NCBI RefSeq assembly: GCF_036588685.1
Contig: NC_086379.1
Location: 77,686,001 to 77,750,000 of the forward strand
Length of the DNA stretch: 64,000 nucleotides
Origin: Mytilus trossulus
Taxonomy: Eukaryota
Reading direction: 5' to 3'
Of the stretch, positions 49,240 through 60,519 are shown piece by piece. Each line of letters opens with the position of its first letter. Position 1 is the first letter of the stretch. Under the pieces are notes generated by a model. That model did no database searches, was not told the DNA's origin, and saw only the letters and a list, made by a program, of their open reading frames with translations. The position numbers and the translations under genes were made by a program.

Positions 49240-49790
49240 GCCATAGTTGTTATTGGTTTTGAACTGGGTGTCAATAACTGCGAGTACTTTCAGAGCTTTA
49301 CTAAGTGTATTTTTTGTTGCTAGAAATAAGGAATGCCACGTCCGGTCTGTGCTTTTGTTTATGTGTTTCGGCTTTGTTCCAATTTAATGAGTCAAATCTT
49401 TCTCAACTGATTTGTAAAGTGTGTTTTTATGCTGTGCTGTTGCACCACTGTTCCAGATCAGGGTGGATCTAAAGCTCACAATCATACTTCATCCCGTCAC
49501 ATTATATATGTGTCTGTAACAAGTCAGAACCCAGTAGCTCAGTGGTTGTCGTTGGTTCATGTCTATCATATCTGTTTTCGATAATTGTTCTGTTATAAAT
49601 TAGGCGCTGTTTAGTTTTCTCAATTGATGTTTCATATTTTTTATGTCGGGCCTATTTGTAGTCGACTATACAGTATGTGTTTTTCTCGTTGTTTAAACCG
49701 TGAGGTTGTCTATAAATGCTTACTTTTACATTATTTGAACTTTGGTGGATAGTTGTTTCATTGGTAATCGTACCACATCGCCTTTTTTAT
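49240..49790 (+). mobile_element. Dispersed SINE-like repeat (family 1), diverged copy
   Basis: Colinear with 13290-13820. Confidence 0.65.
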
Positions 49791-50375
49791 ATATACATGT
49801 TTATAAATGTATTCGACAAAAATAGAATTTCATATATATGTTACAGTAACAGTCATCCATGTATATCATTTTTTTTTAAATATCGACATTTTTACCTTGT
49901 AGTTTAGATAATTTAGTATTCACTTTTCATTGCATACGTCATGTTGTAAATCAGTTTTGTCAAGGTGTGAAGGAATTTGACGGGGAAAAAAACGAAAAAA
50001 TCAAACAAAATAAAATGTTTAAGGAGGTAAATTATGAAGAAAAAACAAATTACCGACGATGACAAAATTTTCCTAAATTGGGACAAGCAAGCTCAAAATA
50101 GAATAAAAAAATGTTTTGCTGACCACTTGAAAGATAAGCGCACACGACGGAGATCAATTTATATTCAAATTCAAAAGCTTTATTTTAAGTTGGCATGTCA
50201 TATAACAATAACATAAGCTCTTTGATCTGTTGACCGTTTATATTTCATGCACATTTAGGCAAGGTTGAACTAATCTAAATACTATATGGTATGTTCATGC
50301 ATGAGCATTACGCTTAACGCAATATTAAAGCAGCAACATAAAAACTAAAGCGCAACAATGGATTTAAAGCCATAA

Positions 50376-50534
50376 ACTACAAGGTATGGCTTGAAATCCT
50401 TCAGATATTCTGCAGCCAAACTATGGAATGAGTTGCCATACCACATTAGAACTGAAACATCTTTTATCCAATTTAAGAGTCTAATAAACTCATGGAATGC
50501 TGACACATTTTTCTCTTACAATGCATGTGCTTAG
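50376..50534 (+). mobile_element. LINE (L2/Crack/CR1-group) ORF2 C-terminal remnant
   Basis: TTRYGLKSFRYSAAKLWNELPYHIRTETSFIQFKSLINSWNADTFFSYNACA*, showing the typical SF...KLWNxLP...FK tail. Confidence 0.75.
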
Positions 50535-52978
50535 AAGAACTTTTATGCTTAATGTTACAGCTTTGAAACATAATAGTGCTGTTTCTTACACTTCCACACC
50601 TTTTGTGTGTATTTGCTTAGCTTATAAATAAGGTAATTAAAGCAAAATGGATTAGACACAAATGAGACAACTCACGACCAGATACCTAACGACGTAGAAG
50701 TAAACACCAAGAAAACTGTTCACCGTATGGGTTTCAACAATGAGCAAAACCAATATCGCAAAGTTAGCTTTAAAAGGCTCTGGAACTGAATATGGAAAAC
50801 AATTCAAACAAGAAATATAATGGCCTGATTCACGAACAAAACAATGAACAAAATACGAAAGATACGACAACCACCGAATTACATTCCGACTTGGGACGTG
50901 CATTCAGAATGTGACTGTGTAAAACTTGTTTTCTGGCGCCACCCCCCTCCAGACAGTAGTTTTACAGAACTATATAAGAGCAAACTATAATAATCAATTG
51001 AAAAGGGTTTAAGCAGAAAACATTTATCACAGTTCATAGCACGGTATTTATACAACTCCATAACAAAAAATATACTGCTGTTGTTTTTTCTATGGTCGGG
51101 TTGTTTTCTCTTTGACACATTTCCCATTTCCATTCTCAATTTTACTAAGTACATATCTGTATATGAATGTACTCGTAGTTACTGACAGGTTGAGGGCTAA
51201 ATTGTCAGATAATGTATAAATTTGACATTTAGAAACCCTTATTGTGTGATAGGAACAAAAATGAACGATAGAATTTAAGATAGAAAGCGAGAAGATAGTG
51301 TTATTATGTGCTTTTAGAGAATACAAAGACAAATTTAGTTAAAGGTCTTTTTTTCTTGCTTAAAAATGACATACGTGAATTCCCAATATGTTCCTTTTTG
51401 TCAGTACATGCTTCCTCTGTATGGTGGGATGAAGGGATGAAAAACAAACATAATGTATGAATTGAAAACTGTCACTTATTATTAAAATGACGCTGCAGCA
51501 ACAAAATGAAGAAAAAAACCATGTATAATTAAATCAATGAAATATATGTAAGTTACTAGCCATTTTAAGTTTCTTTCTTTAAAAAGAAACGAACATTATA
51601 TTGGTTAATTTAAAAAAAAAACAAGAAATAGACACAATCCGTAGTTTTACATTTTAATACAACTTTTGTATTACGTTTTTGGCTTTCGGACTATGTTGAC
51701 CTACAACACTGTAATAAATGACTACGAAACTTTTGCCAGTAACGTTTATTTTCTTTCCTTTTACAAATACCGATTGTATTATTATTTTATGTATAGATAT
51801 CTAATATGCTATCATGCCCAATAATTTCGTCATTTGAACCATATTCCACATATTACACTGAACAGTTATTGAGCGTTGTAAATCGATCTTCCGTTCTGCA
51901 AATCAGGCTTAACTAAAATTACTTTGAAGTAAGCAGCAAATTTAAAACTTAAACATTTGATTTATAACAAAGGGTTAGCCATAAATGCAATACACAATTA
52001 TGAAAATATAAAACAAAGGGAACTCAGGACATGCAAAAGTTGTTAAACAAAAACATAAAAATAGCCACATGAAAAAAGTGAAGACAAATAAACTACACCT
52101 TAATTGTGTATTTTCTAACGTTTTAACATCAATTTCATCATAGATAAAAACAAAAATGAAAGGATTTTTATAAAAGTTATTTGGTGGACAATATACATAA
52201 TTTTGCTTGAACTCAAAATCTTTAACGTTCTTCTATTTTCAAGATTTTTGTTCAAGATTTATAAATATAACAATAAAAAATAGAACAAATTCCCTAAAAA
52301 ATTGCGAATAGGGCTTGGGTTGTGCAAGATCAAAGTCATTAGTGATTGCTTAACAGAGTTCACATATGGTGGTTTCTCAATGTTTTGATTAGGTTCCGTG
52401 TGCTTTACCTGAAATCTTCTGTTTGAAGGAAGCACTGACTGGGCTTGGGTTTGAAGGAAGCACTGACTGGGCTTGGGTTTGACAAAACATATGATTGCAA
52501 TTATCTTAATAAAAGAAATCAATAAACAGATTGGTACGATATTATCCTAAATGTCGGCAATATCAAAGAAAATATGTATTACAAAGTTCACTCAAAAATC
52601 TTTATAAACTAAATTTCCAAAACAGATTTTTATATTTCATTTTGCTTTCTTGTCGTAAAGAATACTTTTTAAAACTTAAGTAAGTATATTTTATGTTATT
52701 AATAATTATACTGCATTTATAGACAGTATATTGTAATGAATTCTTTTAAAGGAAGATTTCGCAATTATTTTAACAATATATTTCCTGAAAATATAGAGTA
52801 TTTTAAAAACAAATGTCAGATTCAGTATACATATAACTGAGTTAAAACATTTACAAAAACTTTAAATATAGGCGACAATTGTCTTATATCTCGTTTTGAG
52901 AAATAGCCGTCAAGTGAAAGCTGTCAGTGTAATTGAAGTTATATTTTCTGTTTTTAATTTATTTACTTATTTTCAGAC

Positions 52979-55193
52979 ATGGGTAGTGGAACAATGACAG
53001 CCAAATCAAAGCGTCAAAGAACTAAATATACCAAGGAACAGGTATGAGATTGATATTTTTGATATCATTTATATTGTGTTACATTGTCCTCTGTCGAAAT
53101 CTCTCAAAATTCTGCAAAGGGAGATTTTCTTTTTGATTCTTTGTGGTTATTGAATGTAAAAGCATTTTTAGGTCTTAATCTAAAAATAACAAAATATACC
53201 TTTACGGAAATCAAACTTTTTCACATAAGATTATTTACTTGTAATTTTAGGCAGTTACCTTTGTTTTGACGTTAAAATAAATAAAATAATCAAAACGACC
53301 GCTTTCTGAATGCATTTAAAATTCTAGATGGAAAACAGGTTGTTCTTTATATTCATATTTGGCAACTTGTTATAGATTTTTTTTCATTTAAAGATTAAAA
53401 CATGAATCTTATTGTTTTCATTATTATAAATGTTGCAAATGAATAAAACCTATATTCTTTATGTTGCTAGCTTGAAGCTTTGGAGAGAGTGTTTATCTCT
53501 AACCAGTACCCAGATTCTCTCACTACAGACGAATTAGCTGATCAGTTAGAAATCTCAAATGAAAAGGTGTCTGTAAGTATGCTTATTCATTTTCATAAAA
53601 AAAATCAGATGATTTCCGGGTCTGAAATATAAAATCGATTTTGCAATTCTAAAAACTAGGTACGGGGAAAATATTTAGAACTTTTCACCTGGTAAAATCG
53701 ATTTATTGTATACATTGACATTGTATTTTCGCGCCGGAATATGTATCGACAGTGGCCTATAACTTCTTACTTCCCCTTTATTCTAAATTTGACTGATGGT
53801 TAGATGTGTCATTAGCAATCATACCACTTCTCCCACTTTTTGATATGTAATATTTGTCGCTGAACTTTAAGTAAACAAAATTTTAATCAATATATTTAAT
53901 TTCCATGTTATATGATGTGTACATAATTTTAAAAAAATGGAATTACCTGAAAGATTCATCAATCTTGTTATTTTGTCACCGATGGCTTAAAAAATACGTG
54001 TTTAAAAAGTTTAATCTCCAAATGACAGCGATATTCTATATTGATTAAAAAGCATCTCATGTTGAATTCGAGTCTGATAAAATTGATATTGTCACTATAG
54101 CAACACAACCAGAAAGACAATCGGTTTAATACAGAGGTCATTTCTTTTTCAGATCTGGTTTCAAAACAGAAGATCTAAGTTTAAAAGACAATACAAGGAT
54201 TCACAAGTTACATGGATGAGAAATCAGATGTATGACCAAGAAAACAGACCGCCAGTTTTAACCATCCCAAGTGAACCGAGACGACCAATGAAGCCAACAT
54301 CTGATATTTTAGGAAGACCACATGTGTTAACAGTCTCGACAGCAAATCACCAACACACCGTTGATAATAAGAAACCAGTTTCAAAGTAAGTTTATCTCTT
54401 AGTAAAATCCCAACAAACGCAGTCATCTGCTGGAAATGTAAAAAATACATGATAAATCTTCAGGTTATACAGCTTAGGCAATAATTGACTTCACTGCGAT
54501 TAAAGCATCAATTTTCATTGAACTAGTACACATTTTGTTTAGGGGCCAGTGGAAACCTGTCTCCAGTGTGGGATTTTTCTCGCTTAGATGACGACCTATT
54601 GGTAGACTTCGGCTGTTTTCTGTCCTTTTGTCGGATTGTTTTGTCTTTGATACATTCTTAATTTCCATTCTCAAATTATACCGTACGTAAAACCAACGAA
54701 AATTGCTTTTTAGATAAGATAACAAAATCACAAGGGTTCGTGTCTTTAATCATTCAACCTACTCATAATATAGAAACAGTAATACATGAATTGAACGGTA
54801 TAATCTTGTTTTAATGTATGTATTATTTAAACTGCTTGCCTTTTTTCTACATTGCACATTTTATTTTTTAGCTTACACTACAAGCCAAATGCTGACGTAC
54901 TGTCCACACCTTTACCATGGGAGCATAACTTTGGATACACAACTCCATCACCACCGTTTGACTATTCGTCTTGTGCAAATGACATTTTGAAAGACTGTAG
55001 TGTGAACCCAGCATCAACAAGACCTGACTATCCAATCGATATACAGTACCGCGGTCATGTGACTCCCCCTGGTTTCTGGTCACCATACGTGACAAGTTCT
55101 ATTCAACCAGCACCTGTTCGATCATGCATGTTTTCTAACTATCCATTTTTTCCGCAAACGCAAGTGACCAATCAGCAGTTGACTTTATTATAA
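52979..55193 (+). CDS. Divergent PRD-class (paired-like, Q50) homeobox protein, 239 aa, 4 coding exons
   Basis: Exons 52979-53041, 53471-53572, 54153-54385, 54872-55193 (720 nt, phases 0/0/2). Homeodomain SKRQRTKYTKEQ|LEALERVFISNQYPDSLTTDELADQLEISNEKVS|IWFQNRRSKFKRQY; intron between codons 46 and 47; Pro/Ser/Tyr-rich C-terminus. Confidence 0.92.
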
Positions 55194-57711
55194 ACTGTGT
55201 TATTATTGTACTATTGTAGTACCAGTTATCTAATTTGTACATATCCTATTATATCATATATAAAGTGCTGTATTCATTAGAATGTATTTCTTTATTCATT
55301 TCTTAATCTTGTATTAGATAAAATTGAGAAAGGACATGGTGAACGTGTCAAAGCGACAACCACCCGACCATAGAGCAGACAACAGCCGAAGGCTACCAAT
55401 GGGTCTTCAATGTAGCGAGAATTCCCACATACGTAGGTGTCCTAGAAACTGTAACATATAACATGTGTATCCATCTAAACTTTAAAAAAAAATCTGCTTA
55501 TATGTTTTAAAAATCGGCAATTGTTTCATAATACAAATGTGATCAAGTGTATCCGAATGTTCCTGAACGATGACCGATGATTATTCTTTTTTTTATTACA
55601 ATTTTTTGTTTTTTTCGTTTATTTTTTTTGTACATTATTTAAGTCGTTAGTTTTCTCGTTTGAATTGTTTTACATTTTTGATTTCGGAGTCTTTACAGCT
55701 GACTATGCGGTATGGGCTTAGCTCATTGTTGATTTCTGTGGTATTTGGTCTCTTGTGAAGGCAATCATACCGCAACTTTTTGTTTTCATGATAGACAGCA
55801 ACCAACGGCAACCAATGAATAACAGGAACCAGATACGCGGGATAGGTATATACAAAAAACGTGGGGGTTAAAAAATTTGTGGGCGCTTTACTCTTCCCAT
55901 AACTTTTGTATACGGTTTGTCTTTTGATCGATGACAGTTTTTTAGCCAGAGCGTTAACAGTCGATTTATGAGTTTCTTGTGGAAAATTCGGCTTTTGAGT
56001 TATGATAGGCATATGGAAAATGTGGCGAGGTTTATATGCCTTATTTCAAGCTTTAATCACCGATTTAAGAAGACTTCCTGGCTATGAAAACAATACATGA
56101 ACGTTGCAAAGACTTAATGTGCTCAATATGCAAAAGACACGAAATGATTTCTGTGCGCACGCGCATGGGTGGCTATAAAGTTGAAACAAGCTTGTTGTTC
56201 ATGTGTTTCAGAGAACAGTTTGAGAATAATCATGCCATGTTTTATTACTGAACTGTGTGGTCGTTTTATAGAACGGACATGATTTGATGCGGACGGACGG
56301 ACAATCTGAATAGTATAGGTCTTCCGCCCATATATATATATACATAGAATACTATGTAAAAATAAGAAGATTTGGTATGATTGCCAAAAAGACAACTCGC
56401 CGCTAGAGACCAAATGTCATAGAAATGACCAACTATATGTCATTCTACGACCTTCAACAAAGTTCAAACCCTTTACCGCATGTAGCACTTTGAATTTGGG
56501 CCCTAAATGAAAAATGTGAAGCATAGATACTGAATCTAGTTTTACACTCTGTGTTTCGATGCAATTGTTGCCAGAGATCGAAATATGGAGTTATACATAT
56601 TATATGGTTACTGTATCACACGAGTAGCAGGCTTGTAAACCACTCAGTATACCTGCAGAACCGAAGCTCTCGCGTCCTAATGATTATTTTGGACAATTTA
56701 GTACGCACATATCAGAAAACATAATAAAGATTTACGGTTCCACAGCTTATAATAAACATGGTGTTTAGGTTTTGAAAAAATAGTAAGGAAGTCAGCTGAT
56801 GCTTTATTAGGTTGTCAAAGAAACTATGCAGAGATATCTTAAATTCACAAGCTGTTTGCTACAATTCTGTTTTTATTTTAGATTTCAGTTTAAAATATAT
56901 ACACACAAGAACACACCTTTTTTGGTATAAAATGTCACATACTTTCATACGTTTTATTGTTTCTATGAGCAGTATGACTCAAATAAATCTTAACTTAACT
57001 ACAAAGTTGCAAATGACCTTTTTTAATGGTATATATATATTTTTAAGGAAACGTGCAAGTTTATTATTTCTAAAACACATTTTAAGACAGACACAAATAT
57101 AAAACTTCATTATCTAATTGCCAAAATACTTGTGTGAAAAAACTAAAAGTTAAACTTATCAAAACTTCAAAGAAATTACGAAAATTATTATCTTCCGCAT
57201 GATTAAGGTAAAAAAAAAGAATCATTGCATTTTGAAAATAGTATAAACATAGTAACGTCGGTGCTTAACTGGTAGGCGAGTAACATGGGAGCCAAGTTTA
57301 CATTTTTAATGCACCTACCATACGGCTAAATTATAAATCAATGGAAAGCTAACATGGCTAAGAATGTATGGTCGACTTAATGAATAGAAACTTGATCTAT
57401 TATTTGGTTTTTTAATGGATCAGCATTGTTTGAAATTTCTTATGTAATAAACGTGTAATGTATAATGTGCAACGAAATTAAACCCACTGTAAACTGTTTA
57501 TAACCTTTATTTGGCAGCTTTACAGTAGTTTTTTTATAGATAGATATATATCATAACTAGATTAACAAGGAAGAATTACTATGCATACGATCTATTTATA
57601 GTGCTTTGTCAATGATAAATATATGAGATAAGAATTGTAAGTACACAGATTATCATTTCAACTATTTTAACAAATGTAAATAGCGGTTTTCAAATGTGTT
57701 TCATTTAGTTG

Positions 57712-57823
57712 GTGTCCTATATTGTTGTCGGAAATATAAGAGGGTGAATGGAAGAGTCTAATCAAAATAGAATTATTTTCTCTCGCCAGACCCTCTTATA
57801 TTTCCGACAACAAAATAGGACAC
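57712..57823. repeat. Hairpin with about 33-bp inverted arms
   Basis: gtgtcctatattgttgtcggaaatataagagggt ... accctcttatatttccgacaacaaaataggacac (one mismatch). Confidence 0.85.
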
Positions 57824-58511
57824 AACAAAATAACAAAAAGAAAGTTGAATTTCAAATTTTCACATGGAATAACCGGACTCTTTGTTTTCAGAATATTTAG
57901 ATCTTCCCCTTATGAACTTTCCATAACATATTGTAAGTTGTCATAACAAATTCCATATGTATATTGAATAATTCGCGAATAAACTTTTTTTTTTTATTCC
58001 TGGTTTCAGTGTAACGTACGATGTATAGGACATTATATTTTATGAGTTCAGGCGTTCAGGTGTATGTCAATGTAAACTGTTACTGGTGAGTGTCCATAAG
58101 CTCGGTTTTATAATTGAAACTGGTGAGTGACCATTGGTTTTGTTTTATAAACTGTAATGTCGACAGTCCTAGCTTGAAAGATGATAATGAAGTTTTATAG
58201 AAAGAGACCTAGTATTCCTTGTCATAACTGAATTTATATTTATAAGCCTACTTACAGAACAATATTTAGAGCTTGTGACCGAACTATAAGATCTGGTTAA
58301 CATTCATGCAATTGATAAACATATCACATTTAAATCTTGGTGAAATTTTAACTTTGGATAACCAAAAATTGCTTCTGAAATGCGGAAACGAGAAACTGAC
58401 TTTAAAGAAATATGATAAATATCAAGAAGACTTGTCCTTTTTTGTAGATTTCGATAGTCAGTTTCAAACGGGAAACTAATTAAATGAATTTCGACAAACG
58501 AGACGACTTTC

Positions 58512-59950
58512 TGTTCCCTAGTTTTCCTTTTTAGACTGTGGTGTTCCCTTCGTCCCGCCTTACTGTTCCCTAGTTTTCCTTTTTATACTGTGGTGTTCCC
58601 TTCGTCCCGCCTTACTGTTCCCTAGTTTTCCTTTTTAGACTGTGGTGTTCCCTTCGTCCCGCCTTACTGTTCCCTAGTTTTCCTTTTTAGACGGTGGTGT
58701 TCTTTCGTCCCGCCTTACTGTTCCCTAGTTTTCCTTTTTAGACTGTGGTGTTCCCTTCGTCCCGCCTTACTGTTCCCTAGTTTTCCTTCTTAGACGGTGG
58801 TGTTCTTTCGTCCCGCCTTACTGTTCCCTAGTTTTCCTTTTTAGACTGTGGTGTTCCCTTCGTCCCGCCTTACTGTTCCCTAGTTTTCCTTCTTAGACGG
58901 TGGTGTTCTTTCGTCCCGCCTTACTGTTCCCTAGTTTTCCTTTTTAGACTGTGGTGTTCCCTTCGTCCCGCCTTACTGTTCCCTAGTTTTCCTTTTTAGA
59001 CGGTGGTGTTCTTTCGTCCCGCCTTACTGTTCCCTAGTTTTCCTTTTTAGACGGTGGTGTTCTTTCGTCCCGCCTTACTGTTCCCTAGTTTTCCTTTTTA
59101 GACTGTGGTGTTCCCTTTGTCCCGCCTTACTGTTCCCTAGTTTTCCTTTTTAGACGGTGGTGTTCTTTCGTCCCGCCTTACTGTTCCCTAGTTTTCCTTT
59201 TTAGACTGTGGTGTTCCCTTCGTCCCGCCTTACTGTTCCCTAGTTTTCCTTTTTAGACGGTGGTGTTCTTTCGTCCCGCCTTACTGTTCCCTAGTTTTCC
59301 TTTTTAGACTGTGGTGTTCCCTTTGTCCCGCCTTACTGTTCCCTAGTTTTCCTTTTTAGACGGTGGTGTTCTTTCGTCCCGCCTTACTGTTCCCTAGTTT
59401 TCCTTTTTAGACGGTGGTGTTCTTTCGTCCCGCCTTACTGTTCCCTAGTTTTCCTTTTTAGACGGTGGTGTTCTTTCGTCCCGCCTTACTGTTCCCTAGT
59501 TTTCCTTTTTAGACGGTGGTGTTCTTTCGTCCCGCCTTACTGTTCCCTAGTTTTCCTTTTTAGACGGTGGTGTTCCCTTCGTCCCGCCTTACTGTTCCCT
59601 AGTTTTCCTTTTTAGACGGTGGTGTTCTTTCGTCCCGCCTTACTGTTCCCTAGTTTTCCTTTTTAGACGGTGGTGTTCTTTCGTCCCGCCTTACTGTTCC
59701 CTAGTTTTCCTTTTTAGACTGTGGTGTTCCCTTCGTCCCGCCTTACTGTTCCCTAGTTTTCCTTTTTAGACGGTGGTGTTCTTTCGTCCCGCCTTACTGT
59801 TCCCTAGTTTTCCTTTTTAGACGGTGGTGTTCTTTCGTCCCGCCTTACTGTTCCCTAGTTTTCCTTTTTAGACGGTGGTGTTCTTTCGTCCCGCCTTACT
59901 GTTCCCTAGTTTTCCTTTTTAGACGGTGGTGTTCTTTCGTCCCGCCTTAC
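58512..59950 (+). repeat. 51/52-bp minisatellite, about 28 copies, inside a decayed Penelope-like RT fragment
   Basis: Unit tgttccctagttttcctttttagac(t/g)gtggtgttc(c)(c/t)ttcgtcccgccttac; left flank encodes DKRDDF and the unit encodes FPFLDGGVPFVPPY. Confidence 0.93.
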
Positions 59951-60519
59951 CGTTCGCACTATGGTCGTATCTGTAACAGATTTCGTTCGTTTCCACAAGT
60001 TTTTATTTTTCTTCGATTTCGATCAGTGAACTTGACTTGCAAATGGTGTAAGCAACTAAAAACAGGACAAATCTTTACAACATTCTTTTGTAGATGCAAA
60101 GATTTTGTTTGGATGTTTGACTGCACCTGTTGTTTGGTTTGGTTTGTTTTTATTTATTTGGAAAATTCGATAGCAGATCCTTTTTATTATAAAAAATTCT
60201 TTCACAAATATAGATTCGCATACGCCACCTTGAAAACGAATAAGCACTGTTAAAGTCAATGTTCTGTTGGAATTGTGACTGTTAAAGTCGAGTTTGTGAG
60301 TCCATCGAACCCCCCTTTGGAAATTCCTGGCTACGGGCCTGATTCGAGACGGTTAAGAGCTTGTTTTATATGTTGTAGACAGTAGACACATGTCTTTTGC
60401 CTTCCAAATTTCTTTGTAACGTTGGTTACTATGTCTCATTGACCAATAAAAACAAACGTTTGCTTTTTTATTATATGCAATTTTCATTATTTTAGTGGCA
60501 CATCTAGAAATTTTCCATA

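Noticed and set aside
52423-52481. Direct duplication of about 30 bp upstream of the homeobox gene, and ORF 52259-52522
   Set aside because: Simple local duplication; the ORF has a non-ATG start and no recognisable features.
58512-59950. CRISPR-like regular array (also 19441-20003, 30049-30517, 37128-37478)
   Set aside because: Units are contiguous with no unique spacers, there are no cas genes, and the DNA is eukaryotic; these are minisatellites.
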